Source: Pseudovirgaria hyperparasitica (lineage: Eukaryota). From it: a stretch of 64,000 bases of DNA. Below the pieces are notes generated by a model that was given only the letters and a program-made list of their open reading frames with translations, did no database searches and was not told where the DNA came from. The stretch is taken from NCBI GenBank assembly GCA_010093815.1, contig ML996578.1. One strand, 5' to 3'. Position numbers and translations under genes: made by a program. Positions 25,601 to 38,715 of the stretch are shown here, piece by piece (the first letter of the stretch is position 1; each line of letters starts with the position of its first letter).

Positions 25601-27149
25601 GGATCTACGACCATCGTCCTTAAAATTCGAATCTCTGTACGGCGATCTCCTCCTAGCGGGGTTCGCTTCGCATGCCGAAGACGAAGATGGCACAACCGGT
25701 GGTCAAATTTGCGTCTGGGATGTCATCTCTGGAAGTGCGGTCAAGGTTATCGCAAATGTACGAGATACACTTGATTGTTCTTGGTCACCAAGACGTTACG
25801 GGCGCTTCGCTGTTGGTCACAAGAAGGGCTCGAGCGCGAATAGGGCTACACGATCTGAAGTCCGAATCTACGACTTCAACCAGGCAGCCGCTTCCTTCAG
25901 CTGGAGTCATGAGCTAGAGAATAGCTATGCTAAGGATATCAACGACGTCGTCTTCTGCCCGTATGATGACAATTACATTGCGTCGGGCTGTACGGACGGG
26001 ACCGTCTATGTATGGGATATTCGGAGGCCGGACTCTATTCTTTACCGCATGAAGCATGACAAGCCTCTATTGGAACGTTCTGCCGATCAACCTCGGGAAG
26101 ATGTCGACGAGGGTGTCAGATTTCTATCGTGGGGCCCTACCCGTGAGCGTCTTTACTCGGGAGCCTCGGACGGAGTCGTCCGGGTATGGGACATCACACA
26201 GCCAGTTGAACAGGTTTTTGTCAAGAAAGCGGTAACGATGAAGTCGGGAATCATGTGCGGAGCGTTTACTGCTGATAAAGACAAATTACTGTTAGGGGAA
26301 GTCAACGGTACCATCACCGTGCTCGAGGCATTGAAAGAAGACTACACGCAGGATGATATCGGAACATTTGGCATCATCAACGCACCTTCGATGATGCCAG
26401 CTGGGGCCCCGGAACCGGACTCGGGTATTGCTGCAGCCAGGGATATGATCAAGAAGCAGACGATAGTCATCCGACCTCTAGGGGGATTTCCCGTCCGGCA
26501 AGCGGTGCAGGGACCGGCATACACCCAGACGAATCTGCTTGATACTTCCGAAGACGCCCCAGCGCTTCGAACGCAAGCCGAAATGTTTCAGAGGCAGCTG
26601 GCACATAAGACCAGTACGCCTTGTAACATCCCTGCATGTCGTGACGCTGTACCCTTGACGAGTGAAGAATTTGGCGACTCTTCTAGGTGGAGAGATAGAA
26701 TACCAATCGATCTGCGACATGCTAGTCAAGGTGACACAAGTACTCTCCTTTCCGGTCTTGCAAAGTGTTCTGAGTGTGGTGCACCAGCAAGGCCACGTGC
26801 CAACGTCGAGATGAAAAACAAACTTGTGGAACAGGAGAATGGAAAAGCCGGTATTCTCTGTGAGCGTTGTGACTTCTCTTGTTTTCGGTGCGGAGACACA
26901 GCCTTCGTATCTCAGCCAAGTGACTTTATGTCCTGTCCTCGTTGCGATGTGGAATGGTCTCTCGACGCACTGGGATACAATCTAAAGAGAGAAGGAGCTT
27001 CCAAAGTCAGTATAGACTTCAGTCAGCGACGTTACGATTATGATCAGTCATGGGACAAAAGTGCGGTCGGGGTCCATGGAGAGGTGGATGATCTGATCAA
27101 TTATTATCAGTCGCTATGGATCGACCGTCCAGAAAGTCCACCGCTCTAA
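22632..27149 (+). CDS. Large WD40-repeat protein with Myb-like segment and C-terminal Cys-rich region; probable Rik1-associated factor Raf1/DIM-9-like DCAF
   Basis: Micro-exon ATGGCAAA (22632-22639) spliced at 22714 into the 1476-aa ORF. Contains WD repeats (VWDIRR, VWDIT), a YNRPLNLLLG motif, a Myb-like LKEVKGFRWSEIQKYFPFRT and CxxC pairs at the C-terminus. The family assignment is from recall. Confidence 0.65.
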
Positions 27150-27903
27150 ACATGGTTTGGGCATGAATTCGTCCTCTTTTGTTCAGCGATTTAGCATAGG
27201 CGCTGCATAATTGGCATTTGCATTGGTATGGTATCGTACAACGCCAAGCTTGCGTGTTGCTAAAGAAGCATATGACGATCTGGTTCTGAAACGTGGACCA
27301 ATATAGTGGAGGCGCAGATGGCCTCCAACAGCAGGCCTATGCTTGTAGCTTAGCATAGCTCGAATTATTAAGTTAATCGATGTTACATGATTGCATTTCT
27401 AATTATTGGCTTCGAGGAATTTATCGAACGCAGCACGCTCTTTATAGTCTTCTCGCGATGACATTTCTAGCGCTTTTCTGTATGCACGCCCAATGCCTAT
27501 TAGTTAGAAGCATTCTTAAAATAGTAACAGACCCTGGCCGAAGATCAACCGGACTTGCCAAGCGAAGCGCCGATGGATGATGCGACTGCTCATCAGGTCC
27601 ATCCTTTCCGTCATCGTATTATTACTTCCTGTGCGAACTGGACTTCTGCAGTTACATACATTGTTCATATTCAACTACTTTTTTCAGTCTCTGCACTCGC
27701 TCCCCCGACAGCACGACTGTCACGAACCTGACGTGCCTCCACGCTTATCCTCAACACCACGTTGCCGCCCATAAATCCGTTTCTCACCTCCGCGCTCTCC
27801 GCGATTCGCAATCCTCACCCTCGGTCGTCGCGTCCCCGTCTTTCCGAGCCCTCTGGAGTCCTTACAACATACAATACACTCAACCTACAAATCTGAACCC
27901 AAC

Positions 27904-28388
27904 ATGTTTTGCCTGCGGAGCTGGATACCAATACTGTTCTTCCTCTCCGTGTATGTATATTACTATCATCATCACACGTCTTCCCCAGCTAACCTCTATA
28001 CCCCAGCTCCAACGCATCCCCGATATATCTCATCCTTTTTGTCGTCACCACATACCTCCTCAACCGGCCCTGCGTCTATTGCTCCCTCCTGCTCGGCGTC
28101 CTCGTTCTCGCGCTCTTCGACTTCAGCACAGACTGGTTCGCGCCGTCCTTCTCGGCATCCACAGTCCTGGCCCCCGCATCGAACAGCTCGAACACGTCAT
28201 ATGTTGAGGATGCGTCTGCGCTGGTGCGCCATGTGACAGAGGGCGTCAGGGGCAGGTTGACGGCAGGAGGAGGAGCAGGCACGGGCGGGGAAGGCAAGGG
28301 CGCGACGTGGATTGGCGAGTGGGTGCGGAACGTCGTGACAAGAAAGGAGTGGCGCGTACCGTGCTTGGATGTGGTGGTGCGGTTGTAG
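27904..28388 (+). CDS. BC10/BLCAP-family small membrane protein (one intron)
   Basis: MFCLRSWIPILFF spliced to SNASPIYLILF..LLNRPCVYCSLLL, the characteristic BC10 signature; ends EWRVPCLDVVVRL*. Confidence 0.8.
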
Positions 28389-29003
28389 ATAATGGGACGT
28401 GGGCGTGAGAGGGGACATGACAGTTGCGAGGGAGAGGGGGGGTTATGACGAGCATATATACCTGATTGGGGCGTGGATGTCTTGCATTGGACGGCGTTTT
28501 GGGGGTTCAGCTTTACAGCACGAGACGAAGCGCAACGGACTCGGACTTGTGAAGCCTGACTCGGCGTCTATTGGGCATACAACGAAGTCTATAACCGCAT
28601 GTATATAACTGGCTAGCAGCAGTACTGCGTTGAGAGCGTGGTGTTCCAATATGCGGAAATGGATCAGCTCTTTGTCAGGAACACAACATCAGGATGTGGC
28701 ATTGGCCCAGACGAATTACATCACCAATTGCCAAAGAGGACCGCGCCCATCGGGAAGCCTAGATCTGTATAGACTGCTAGTCCTCGGATTATTTGTTAGA
28801 GCTTGGCACTACTGAAAAATGCTAAGTATATACTCAAATATCAGCCCTCTTTACCATCTAGATGACATCAACCCCGGAGTGCCCGGTACCGAAATCAAGG
28901 TCCTCCAACAGGATCACGGTAAATCAACATCGCGCATGGTAGGGCAGAAGCCTAAACTTGTTTCATGTGCACAAATGCTATTCGATACGTTTCATAAGGG
29001 TAT

Positions 29004-31163
29004 TTAGACAACTAACGATTCCACATCCACTTCAGTCTCTATCCTCGGCCTGCTCAATTCATATGACAATATGGTGAAATCCACGTAAGTCAATATCAGG
29101 CGCCATCTCCTAAGCTGCCCGTCACTGGGCAGGTCGTCGCGTTCTGCAATCGGGTTCGCAGCAATGCCGGCCAGAGGTACTAACGGGCGAAGTCCATCTT
29201 CTTCCTGTGATGCCAATGGTAGAATGTGATCTGCCGTCATTCCGTAGAAAGGGGTGCCCAGTTGGGCTTCTGCTTCATTCTCAAATGACTGTATAAGAGA
29301 TAGTACGATTGCGCGGCCTTTCTGGGACGCGACCACCACAACTCCGAGCTCAGGAATTGTGGCGTGAAGATTCATTCGATCCATTTGGGTTCGAGAGAAG
29401 TGATGCAGCTCGTTGTTGTAAAAAACTTTCTGTTTCAGAGGTGCGTGATAGCCCATTGCATAATTCCATCGAGCGAGGAAGATGTCATGACCGGTAATGA
29501 TCATGATTGGGCTTGGGATGTGCTGGGATTCCCTCGACAGCCCATCTCTGTAGCCCACTGTCATTTAGAAAGGCTCCTAAGTGGCCCGTGAGGCAGGAAT
29601 GGACTTACGTGATGAGGCGCGTGTACCCTTTAACTGATTCCCCAGTAAACAGACTTACGTGGTCTTCAAGAAATTGAGTATGTCCGAGTATTACTTCAGC
29701 AAGATCCTCGTCAGTTTCTTCCTCATCATCCCATTGCGAATCCGATCCCGGATCCTGATGATCTTGGTGTTCCTGATTTTCCTGTAAATTCGATTCCTCC
29801 TCTCCCTCCTCCTCCTCCTCATCATACTGGCTCTGTTCAGGGCCCTGTTGAATGTGCAGCAACGGCTGAGGAGGAAGTAGCCGCATTCTACGCATATCGC
29901 GATAGTTACTCGAGTACTTGTGAAATACATCACTTGTATCCGCTATTCTTCGTGGCGGTATTAGTTCAATCAAACGTTCACGTAACAAAGGCCTAACGAC
30001 ATCATTTGCTTGATCGGGCAAACGATCGAGAACAGTGGGAACGGTTCGGAAACTACGTCGATCTAGCCAGAACGTGCCCCATACGGAATGTGAAAAGCGG
30101 TCTTCACAGAGACAAGCTTGCACATTGGGACCCGAGCAGAATCGAATAACGTTGCAAGTCTCAGGTGTGGAGTCGTTTGAGCGAAGTTCGTAAATGTGAT
30201 AGTTGCCAGAAATGTCACCGAACATGATCCATCGGCCGCTCGGGTCTTCATCACAAAACGCAACATGTGGCACGTTGTTTGGCGCCCTAAGGTAGGTGAA
30301 CGTATGATCTGGTTGATCTGACTGGTCTGACTGATCTGATTGATATGATTGATCGAGAGATAAGTTTTGCTCATGACCGTCTCTAAGGTCATGTCAGAAA
30401 GATATCTAACATAACAAGGTATTATGCTCACCCCGTGCTGGTTGTTTTAGAGATATCTTCGCTTGGGGAACTTAGAGCGAAAGATATGACCGTTACCTCA
30501 TGTGTATTAGCTGAGATCGCAAGCCGTCGAGCTTCACGATGGACAGCTATGCCCCAAGCGCTGCATCCCGAATTGTGATGAAAGAAAGTCTTTGGTTGAG
30601 GATAGTTATTCACGTCTTCAGGGAGTTGAAAATTTACGTCCCTCAGAATGATTTTCTCGATGGCTGACAGGTAGTAAACAACAGTATCTCCGTCATCGCA
30701 GGTCGCCAGCAAGATCTCTTGATTTCCCAGAAAGCTCACGAGTATTCGATTAATCGAATGAGGATGATCTGGATCGATGTAGCCAGATCGGCCGTCAGCG
30801 AAATATTGTGGCAAACGAATGATAGATAATGGTATCTTTGCTAGGCGCTGACTTAGATAGGGAGGGTCAAAGACATGGATTGTGTGACCACACGCAACGA
30901 AAAATAGATTGGAAGAATGTGAGAGTGCCGTTAGGTTACATCTCCACTGTTTGATGGCGAAGTCCGGATGTTGAGAATGCTCTCTGGATCGATTAGCTAG
31001 CTAAATGGACTGGAGGAAATGGAGCGGACCTAGAGCCGAACTTTCAGGTCGTCAGTTCAGCTTTCGGGCGATAATATAAGCACTGAGCAGAGTTGAAGTT
31101 TCATACCCGGTCAGCACCAGATTCCGCACCAGTCGGTCTCAGAGACACTGCGAATTGCTCCAT
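29004..31163 (-). CDS. CRT10: CRT10-family beta-propeller protein (multi-exon; start approximate)
   Basis: WRCNLTALSH..LFFVA, PHSINRILVSFLGNQEILLATCDDGD, SAWGIAVH..RLAISANT, RMNL..IPELGVVVVASQKGR and WRLILTY motifs across ORFs. Confidence 0.8.
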
Positions 31164-31366
31164 TGGCTGTTCATTTTGTGTTGTAGTTCTTGGGAGCCAC
31201 AATGTGTTGTTGTTAATGGCCCTAATTGCTGCCAGTCGAGAGGGAGGTGCAGCCATCTAGATTACACCTGCAGCGCTAAGCGAAAGCCGCACGTGACAGG
31301 AGGTAAAACGAGTGAAAAAGCAATGGGAGCACTCGCTTTGGGTTTGAAAGTCCTACCGCAGATATC

Positions 31367-33869
31367 TCAAGTTGCGTCTTTCAGTTTCATCATGGTAGAA
31401 AACATGAGATCCTTTACACCATCTAATCCCTTCGCCTCGAGCGCAGAAAGCACCTCCACTCGAGACTTGGTCCAGGATATCACGAGCCCTCCATTCTTTT
31501 CGAGCAGGGTCAGGGAGCGCGGCGATACAGGTCCTGCATGACGAGTCTTGAGATCTGCACCGTCAATTTCTGCGGCATCTTCAAGCTCAGTGAAGGTGGC
31601 CATAGAGACTGCACAGAAAAGGTAATTTTGTGTGATGCCGAAGCTTCCGGCAAGATTATAAATGTTGTCCATATCTGGCAAGTATCTCATCAGGGCCGAC
31701 ATCGTCGCCGGAGGGCAGAGACAGCCTGATGCGTTGGTATCTGTGCCGTTCAGTGCCCGTGAGCGCCAAATCAAATTGCAGATATCCATAAGATGTCCGT
31801 TGAATCGATTTGTGTAAGGACTAGGATAGTAATCGGAGATTGTATTCTTAAGAGACTCGAATTGACGTTTGCATCTTGCAAGAATGCCACACAAGCGTGA
31901 CACATCGCTGAGAGAAGAATTGAATAGAAGATGGTTAACGACTTGCTCGGAGGGAAGAACAATGGGTGTATGAACGCTCGAGGTGTTGTCAGACTGTGTC
32001 GCCGAAAAAGAAAAACTCTCGTAGAAGGTCAGGATAGCCGAGTGTATCATAGTAGAAGTCGGCTGCATAGATATGATATTGTGTATGAACAGGTTGGCGT
32101 AATCTAGAAGCTCGCTAACCTCTTTAGGCGATTTTGATTTGCCAGTCCGAGCTTGCGTGCTGGTATCTTGTTGTAGAATCCATCTCTGGGCAATTTTGCT
32201 ATAGAGTAGGAGCAATTTTGATAGCAGGCGCCCAGTATTCAAGATGTGAGGCCTCTCTAACCATGCAAAATAGGTTGAATGTAGTTCTGTGTGGCGTTAG
32301 CTACTTTCAGCCACATGGTTTGCTGACATACTATCGTGAGGATGGCGGTCTACGAAAGCTATTATGGCGCAGAGGGCGTCATAATTGGATTGCCCGTCCC
32401 AGATAGGAAGATATTGCGCCAGAAAGACTTCGACGATGGATATGAGTGACTACATCAATGTTAGAGGAATCGAAATGCTTTAAAGGCGAAGAGTCTTACG
32501 TGTTGAGCTTGACTATAGGCAAGTATACCTTGCAGTAGCTCTGGGAACTGTGGCGATGGTGATAAGTGATTCCTCGCCAGAGAGAGTTCTTCTTCAAGAT
32601 AACTCGCAAGCCAGAATTCGAGTCGCATTGTAGCTTCTGGCAGGGGATTCAGGAATAAGAGTTTCTGCAATAGAGAATCTTGCAGTGATGAGACCAATTG
32701 GTTCGGTAACTCTATTCGTTCGATTTTGTCGACAAAATCCTGAGGACCTTCAATCTCTTCTAATGTAACGGACGACTGCTAAAGTCAGCGTATGTGGCAT
32801 TAATGAGAGCAATAGCTGAACAACCTCCGATGCACGCGATGTGTGTACTTCTGGCAGTAGATGTAAGCGGGGAGTACGGGTCCGCGTCCGATACACCTTA
32901 AAGCCATTTCTGCTGTTCAGGCCAACGTCACTCTGAGATGGCTGATGCGAAATAGCTTGTAACCGCTTTGTCCAGGTTGCGTCCGGTTGCTTTCCACGTC
33001 AGCTGAAGTGATACATAGTTTAGGCGCTCACATACTGGTGGCAAAGAGCCACGGCCTGGATTGGCGCTGCTAATGATAATGTCAGGGTAGTAGTCCTTAT
33101 AGACACTGAGTAATCTTAACACCGCAGGTTCGTTGCCGACGATGCGGCAAAGTTCGTATCTATGAAATGTCAATAACCGTCATGTCCAATTTTTCGGTGA
33201 AACACCCACAAGTACTGTATTCGGAAAGGACGAACATGTCGTCTTCGTGATATAAGGCACAACAAGTGGCACAAAGGAGTCCTGCTGAAACTTTAGGCAA
33301 CGAACGTGGCACATACAGTCATAGTGTTTCACCTTAGAGATACCATGTCGAGTAGATTGAAGAGGATCGCATACAATCGAGAGAGAATCAGGGTATCGTC
33401 CAGAACATCGTACACGGTGAACAGCCATTTCAAGAGAGCTGATTGAGTGGCTGTTGAGGGTTTATTCTTTCCTTGTCCAAGTGCACTGACGGCTTTGGTA
33501 ACGACAGCAGAGGGTATCCTTTCTTTAGGATACAGATTCTTGACAAGGTTCATGACAGAAGTCTGATCTAACTCCGATTTGACTGAAACAATGTTCAGAA
33601 TGGCCTGTAATGAGGCAGAATCGAGACCTTTTCTGAAAGCATAGTCGCAAAGTTGGTTGATCGAGACGGAGGCTTTGACAGCACGTTGCTTTGCAGGTGT
33701 CTCTGATACTTTCATAGATTAAATCAAATTCCATTATTCTGTTCCTGAAATGAAAGCTTACAGTGACGCAAGCGTCTCAAGAGATCAGCAACATTGGTCT
33801 CTTCATCTGACGCAGAAATGTTAGATTGTGGCACTCTAGCGTCGACGCAAACATACCTGAATCGTCCAT
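31367..33869 (-). CDS. Centromere protein CENP-I / Mis6 / Ctf3 (multi-exon)
   Basis: NLVKNLYP..ALGQGKNKPS..Q..LLKWL, LCHLLCLISRRRHVRPFRIQ, LLSVYKDYYPDII, VTLEEIE..FVDKIERIELPNQLVS and FNGHLMDICNLIWRSRA. Confidence 0.85.
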
Positions 33870-34274
33870 GGCAGAACTCCAATATGACTATAGCTTTATG
33901 ACACGTGTATTAGTTTTATGGAAACATTTGGCTGCAGAAGTCGCGTGATGTGTGCATGTATATGTATGTGTGTCCCTGTAACGACGCGACTATGAGCGCC
34001 AAGGCTGAACATGTATCAGATTTCCCAAGCGCACTTCTAACCTCACTTACACCAGACACTTCTCTTCACTTACTTCCTCCATCATCACTACTAATGCCAT
34101 TCGAGGCATGCACCTGTTTTTCCTTTCTTTAATTGAGACACTACCCCTTCGTGCATCCACCGCCCTCCACATACACTGCGTAAGGCAATTTGTTTGCTGT
34201 CTTGTTTCTGCCTGGAATCCACCACCACACAAGCCGGTGAGAGCGGCGTAGTGCCTTTAACTCCGGACCTTGGT

Positions 34275-35054
34275 ATGGATGGCATCGTACAGACTATATC
34301 CTCATCCTTCATCCTTGCACGTGCAGAAGATGCCGATGTGATGAGAGCAATGATGATGTCCTTTGGGCGTGCCTGGAGTCCGTCCTACAGCTCCAAATCC
34401 TCTGCCGGCCTCGCTCGCCCGATACCGAGCGACCCTGTACAGCTACAGCAAGAGCCCATAAACAGCATGGATGCCCTCAACTTTCTTGTTGCACAAACTA
34501 CTGCCGTTAGCCATCACTTTTGTGACGTCCAAAACTCAACTCTCATCAGCCAATGACAGCAATAGCCATTCCGCATAATGCTTGCCGCGTGGTCCAGCTT
34601 GAGCACTACGCACACCTTCATGAAGCTTAGTTTAAGCGAGACTGATCTGCCAACGTCTTCGTTGTTAATATGTCCGTCTTCATGGCGAACCGTAATCATG
34701 CATCTAAGCGCCCTATATCACTCCCCTCACTTGGTCTGGCGGGACCGCAGGACTTGATCACCGTCGAGCTGACAGTCTTTGCAGATTTCAAACACCATGA
34801 GGCTGCCTTCAGTAAGACCTGCCTACCATTCTCGATACACCATCGATGTTGTATTCGGTCCTTCTCATGAAGCTCGCTCCAGGCCAGCGAATGCCATGAT
34901 TCGGACACCCGAGATACAACACATCAGTCTCATCCTTGCAGGGCTCGGCCCACAATGTCTTACACTGAGAGATGGTCGCGCTGAACGATTCGATCTCGAC
35001 TTCATGCACCTTTCCCTCTTTCCCGTCAAGCTCAGGCAAGATCAAAGCATTTAG
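34275..35054 (+). CDS. Possible uncharacterised fungal protein, exon structure unresolved (may be degenerate)
   Basis: Protein-like segments FILARAED..SFGRAW..PIPSDPV, RPISLPSLG..DLITVELTV and EIQHISLI lie in successive ORFs, but clean splice junctions were not found for the first gap. Confidence 0.35.
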
Positions 35055-35531
35055 TGTAACGACTTCCCGCACTAGATGTATCTGCCACACAGCAAGATGG
35101 TTCAAGTACTGTCGTATTTTGACCTTCACTCCTACATCCTGTCTCCTACCCTGCTATTCTTTCATTAACCATGTCCATTGGGCGCATATCATCGTGACAC
35201 CGCTATCTGTGTCGTCCTGTCGTAGCCCCGGGGAACAGGAACAGCTGCTACTCCTATTTCATTGGATCCTTCTCCCAGTCGGCTTTCCTTATTTGGATTG
35301 TCTCGGTTCTGGGTCCAGTTGCAGTTCGGACTAGACGTCGTCAGCGTTGTGACGATTACATGTCCCCACAATACTCTCCAGTCTGCCAAAGTCAAGATCC
35401 TGCATGCACTTTCTTCTACAAGTCATCGGCGGACGACTGCATACAGCCGCATGGTAGTGTGCCAAGCAACTAGGATCCCCGGCCTACCTGGGCACTCAGT
35501 CCCTATCTCGTCAATCGAGGTTTATATATCA

Positions 35532-36281
35532 ATGTCGGGGAAGAGTTCGGATCACGGACCACCACGCTCGTCAGGTCTCCTCAGCATTTCATCCCTCCTC
35601 ACGAGCGAGGACCCTTCCCCCCGCTCAGATCTGACCATATCCCAACCATCGGCAAATGAGAGTCTAACCATCGTATTCATCCACAAGAACGACGATCTAC
35701 TTTATCGTGTCCACATGCTTCTTAAGGAGGAGAATATCGTTCTCTTCACCCCAGCTGTGGCACCTTTATACCAACCTGGGAGAGACCCATTTGAACCCCT
35801 TGGCCGAGCTCTTTCGAAACATCACAGCCGAATCAGACATGTGCCGTACGTTCACGAGATGACACATGAGCACTTGACACGGCTTCGAGAAGCTCATGCT
35901 GTCGTCGTTGTTGTATGCGATGCCGGGGGTTCTGCTAAGTCCGTCATCTACGATAATGGCGGTGCTGTGAAGTGCAAAGGATCGAATCTGGAGGAGCAGG
36001 TGGCCTTTGCAAAAGCTGTCAATCGAACTATCATGGACGATGAAGGCGACATGTTCCATCTACCTGTTATACTGGTCCTCGTGACAGAAGATCCGAAGGA
36101 AAAGTACCGCGGGCAGACCCTCAAAGACAACCTTATTCATACCTTTGGTTCCGGAACCGTGGTCCATTGTGGGAGCTACTCCACTGATGCGTTGGAGAGA
36201 GTTGCAGATAGAATATTCGACCACGATGTTATAGATAGGGCACGTGAGCGAGATGAGAGTCTAGGCATGGATTTGGATTAG
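35532..36281 (+). CDS. Hypothetical protein resembling the C-terminal alpha/beta region of fungal GH3 beta-N-acetylglucosaminidases
   Basis: Long ORF with VLFTPAV..DPFEPLGRALSKHHSRIRHVPY and alternating beta/alpha segments. Similarity is from recall only. Confidence 0.5.
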   Translation: MSGKSSDHGPPRSSGLLSISSLLTSEDPSPRSDLTISQPSANESLTIVFIHKNDDLLYRVHMLLKEENIVLFTPAVAPLYQPGRDPFEPLGRALSKHHSRIRHVPYVHEMTHEHLTRLREAHAVVVVVCDAGGSAKSVIYDNGGAVKCKGSNLEEQVAFAKAVNRTIMDDEGDMFHLPVILVLVTEDPKEKYRGQTLKDNLIHTFGSGTVVHCGSYSTDALERVADRIFDHDVIDRARERDESLGMDLD

Positions 36282-36462
36282 GGATCGATGACGAGAAGGA
36301 CTTAAAGAGGCGGTTAAATTGGCGGTATCAGACACTCGCCTCCCTATTTCGCGTGAAGCAGCGAGCGGTATATACATGTCACCATTGATGGGGCTGATTT
36401 TCAAAGTTTTGCACGAATCGCGGCATTTACGATCTAGATGATACCATAAAGACATGCTTCAG

Positions 36463-36463
36463 C

Positions 36464-36490
<27 letters not shown>
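36463..36490. repeat. (AT)n microsatellite
   Basis: About 14 AT units visible directly. Confidence 0.9.
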
Positions 36491-36495
<5 letters not shown>

Positions 36496-36846
36496 AACGA
36501 GTCTTCGAGCATGAATCAAACGAAACACGTTCCATAATTACCCGGAGAGAGTTATGTTCTGAGTGTGAAAATACCTACCTCATTGGTCATTCGAATGACA
36601 GGTTATTTGCAAGGATGATCAAAAGACGGTAGCATGCACCTGACATATCTAGAGTTACAAAAGTTTTTATGATATCGAGTTAGCGCTCATGATATTATGG
36701 TTTCCCAGAAAGCTTTCTGAGTCTCAGTTCTGAACGATAATATGCCTTGACCTCGAGGAAGTCCCAAACGCCGCCCAATGCAGTCTCTCTGTAGAAATCT
36801 CCAAGACACTATGCCAATCATCCTCTCATTATCTCCGGCCTCTTTA

Positions 36847-37441
36847 TCACGCCTCCATGACCGCTCGACCATTTCCCATGAGTCCACCTGCAATCTCACC
36901 CGCACTCGTTGCTACGGTATGTTCCATAACCTGCTTGACTGGCTGCACCGCAGCTACAGTCTTGAGACTCGAATGCTCGTCACCGGCTAAGTAGTAGAAC
37001 ACGCGATGCGCAATGGTGGTGATGTGTTCGGGCAGGTAGAGGGAGGCGGCGATAATGATCATGCTGAGAAAGAGGAATAGAAAGGAGTCTGATTCACAAA
37101 TTAGCACCAGCTCACACAAGTCTTGCCGCGCCAGAAGGAAATATAGTGGTAGATGAGGGTTCAAAACTTCGCGATCGAGACCATAAGAGCGAAGGAAGAG
37201 AGGGTATAGGAGAGCGAGTTCACGCACTAAATATAAACTTCTCCGTCGGCGTCAGCATGTACAAGCTGAATGTCACCTCATACTGGTAGCGCTTGCGCTG
37301 CAACCAGCGCAGCAGCGGTTTCGGGCTGAGGATTGCGCTGAGAAGCACGAGAGAGGCACAGAAGAGGAGCACAAGCGTTGCCGTAGAGCTGAGGTCGACC
37401 ATGGTGCGTGGGAGCGATTGGGAGGATGATTGAGAAGCCAT
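36847..37441 (-). CDS. Serine palmitoyltransferase small-subunit-like membrane protein (one intron)
   Basis: WLQRKRYQYEVTFSLYMLTPTEKFIF spliced to SFLFLFLSMIIIAASLYLPEHI..RVFYY, an ssSPT-family pattern. Confidence 0.8.
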
Positions 37442-37742
37442 TGTTCTGGGTGCGTGGATAGTCTTGAGACGGAGTGAGTATGTAAAGACTGTTCGCGCGA
37501 GTGTGAAGAAGCGTGTTCCGTGTTGTTGCTTCTGACTCCTGACGCTCTCGGAGTCTTGGGAAATTTCAGGCGGAGACGCACCCGTAGACTGGGCGGCGGA
37601 GCTGCCCTGAGCGGTGGGCGCGGTCAGGGATTTAATAGCGCCTCTGCGCTATTAGCTAGTTTCGTCATTTATATTACTTCTACTTCTATAGCTAGAGTTC
37701 TGATTGCTTAACCTCCACTAACAACTATGCGATGACCAGACA

Positions 37743-38306
37743 ATGCGCGCTGTACTCCGCCCACGGACCCTTCTTCACTATGTACGCAATGTAATCCCCA
37801 ACCGCCAATTCTCCACGTCTCCAGCGCTCCTCAAAAGTCTCCCTGGCCCGCTTCCCCCAATTCTCGACACCGACATAACTGAAAACTTTCTGAAAGGCAG
37901 TGGTCCAGGCGGCCAGAAAATCAACAAGACCAACTCAGCAGTCCAGATTCTGCATCACCCAACAGGGCTGATTGTCAAATGCCAAGAGACGCGGTCGCGT
38001 AGCCAGAATCGCAAGATTGCGCGGCGCCGGTTGGCAGAGCGCATTGAGGAATTGCAGCTGGGAAGCGAGGCGCGCACGGCAAAGAAGGCTGCAAAGGAGG
38101 CGAAGAAGAAGAGTAGTGCGACAAAAAAGAGGAGAAGGAAGTATCGTCAATTGGACGCGGCGAAAAGGCTCGATGATAACGAAGGAGAGGAGGATGCCGA
38201 TGATGTTAACGAACCGAATGAGGTTGAGGAAGTAAAACAAGGCAAGCTGGATGGTGTAGAGAACAAAGATAAGGCGAAAGAGTCTAGTCCAGGATCGCTT
38301 GTATGA
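37743..38306 (+). CDS. Mitochondrial peptidyl-tRNA hydrolase / ribosome-rescue factor (C12orf65/MTRFR-like)
   Basis: Presequence-like N-terminus, KGSGPGGQKINKTNSAVQ (GGQ motif), VKCQETRSRSQNR and a basic C-terminal tail. Confidence 0.9.
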   Translation: MRAVLRPRTLLHYVRNVIPNRQFSTSPALLKSLPGPLPPILDTDITENFLKGSGPGGQKINKTNSAVQILHHPTGLIVKCQETRSRSQNRKIARRRLAERIEELQLGSEARTAKKAAKEAKKKSSATKKRRRKYRQLDAAKRLDDNEGEEDADDVNEPNEVEEVKQGKLDGVENKDKAKESSPGSLV

Positions 38307-38715
38307 CGAGCGCTGTACTAGCAAACTGCTCGACAGACTGACTCAGGAGAACATCTGGGCTACAACAATAGCCACAAATAGAGTAATCCCACATCACCGG
38401 TCGACCAACTGTCCATAAACTTACAAGTCAAGACTGGTTCAAGACACGAACAACACCCTCAGCGCTGAGACATAAGTGTAGGGGATGGATAGCATGCACC
38501 GGGACGAAGCGAGATAAAAACGCCGTGAAATCTATACATGAATTATTCTGAAAACCTGGAAAGGCTTCCGCTCATGGTCTATCTGGTTCCAAATTCAAGC
38601 AATCATAGTAAAACAAAACCTCTCTGTAGAGAACTACAGACATGTTCCAAAGTTAACGTTCGTATGACGAAGAGCTTTCATCCTCCAAATACCTAGATTT
38701 GACCTCCTGCGCTTT

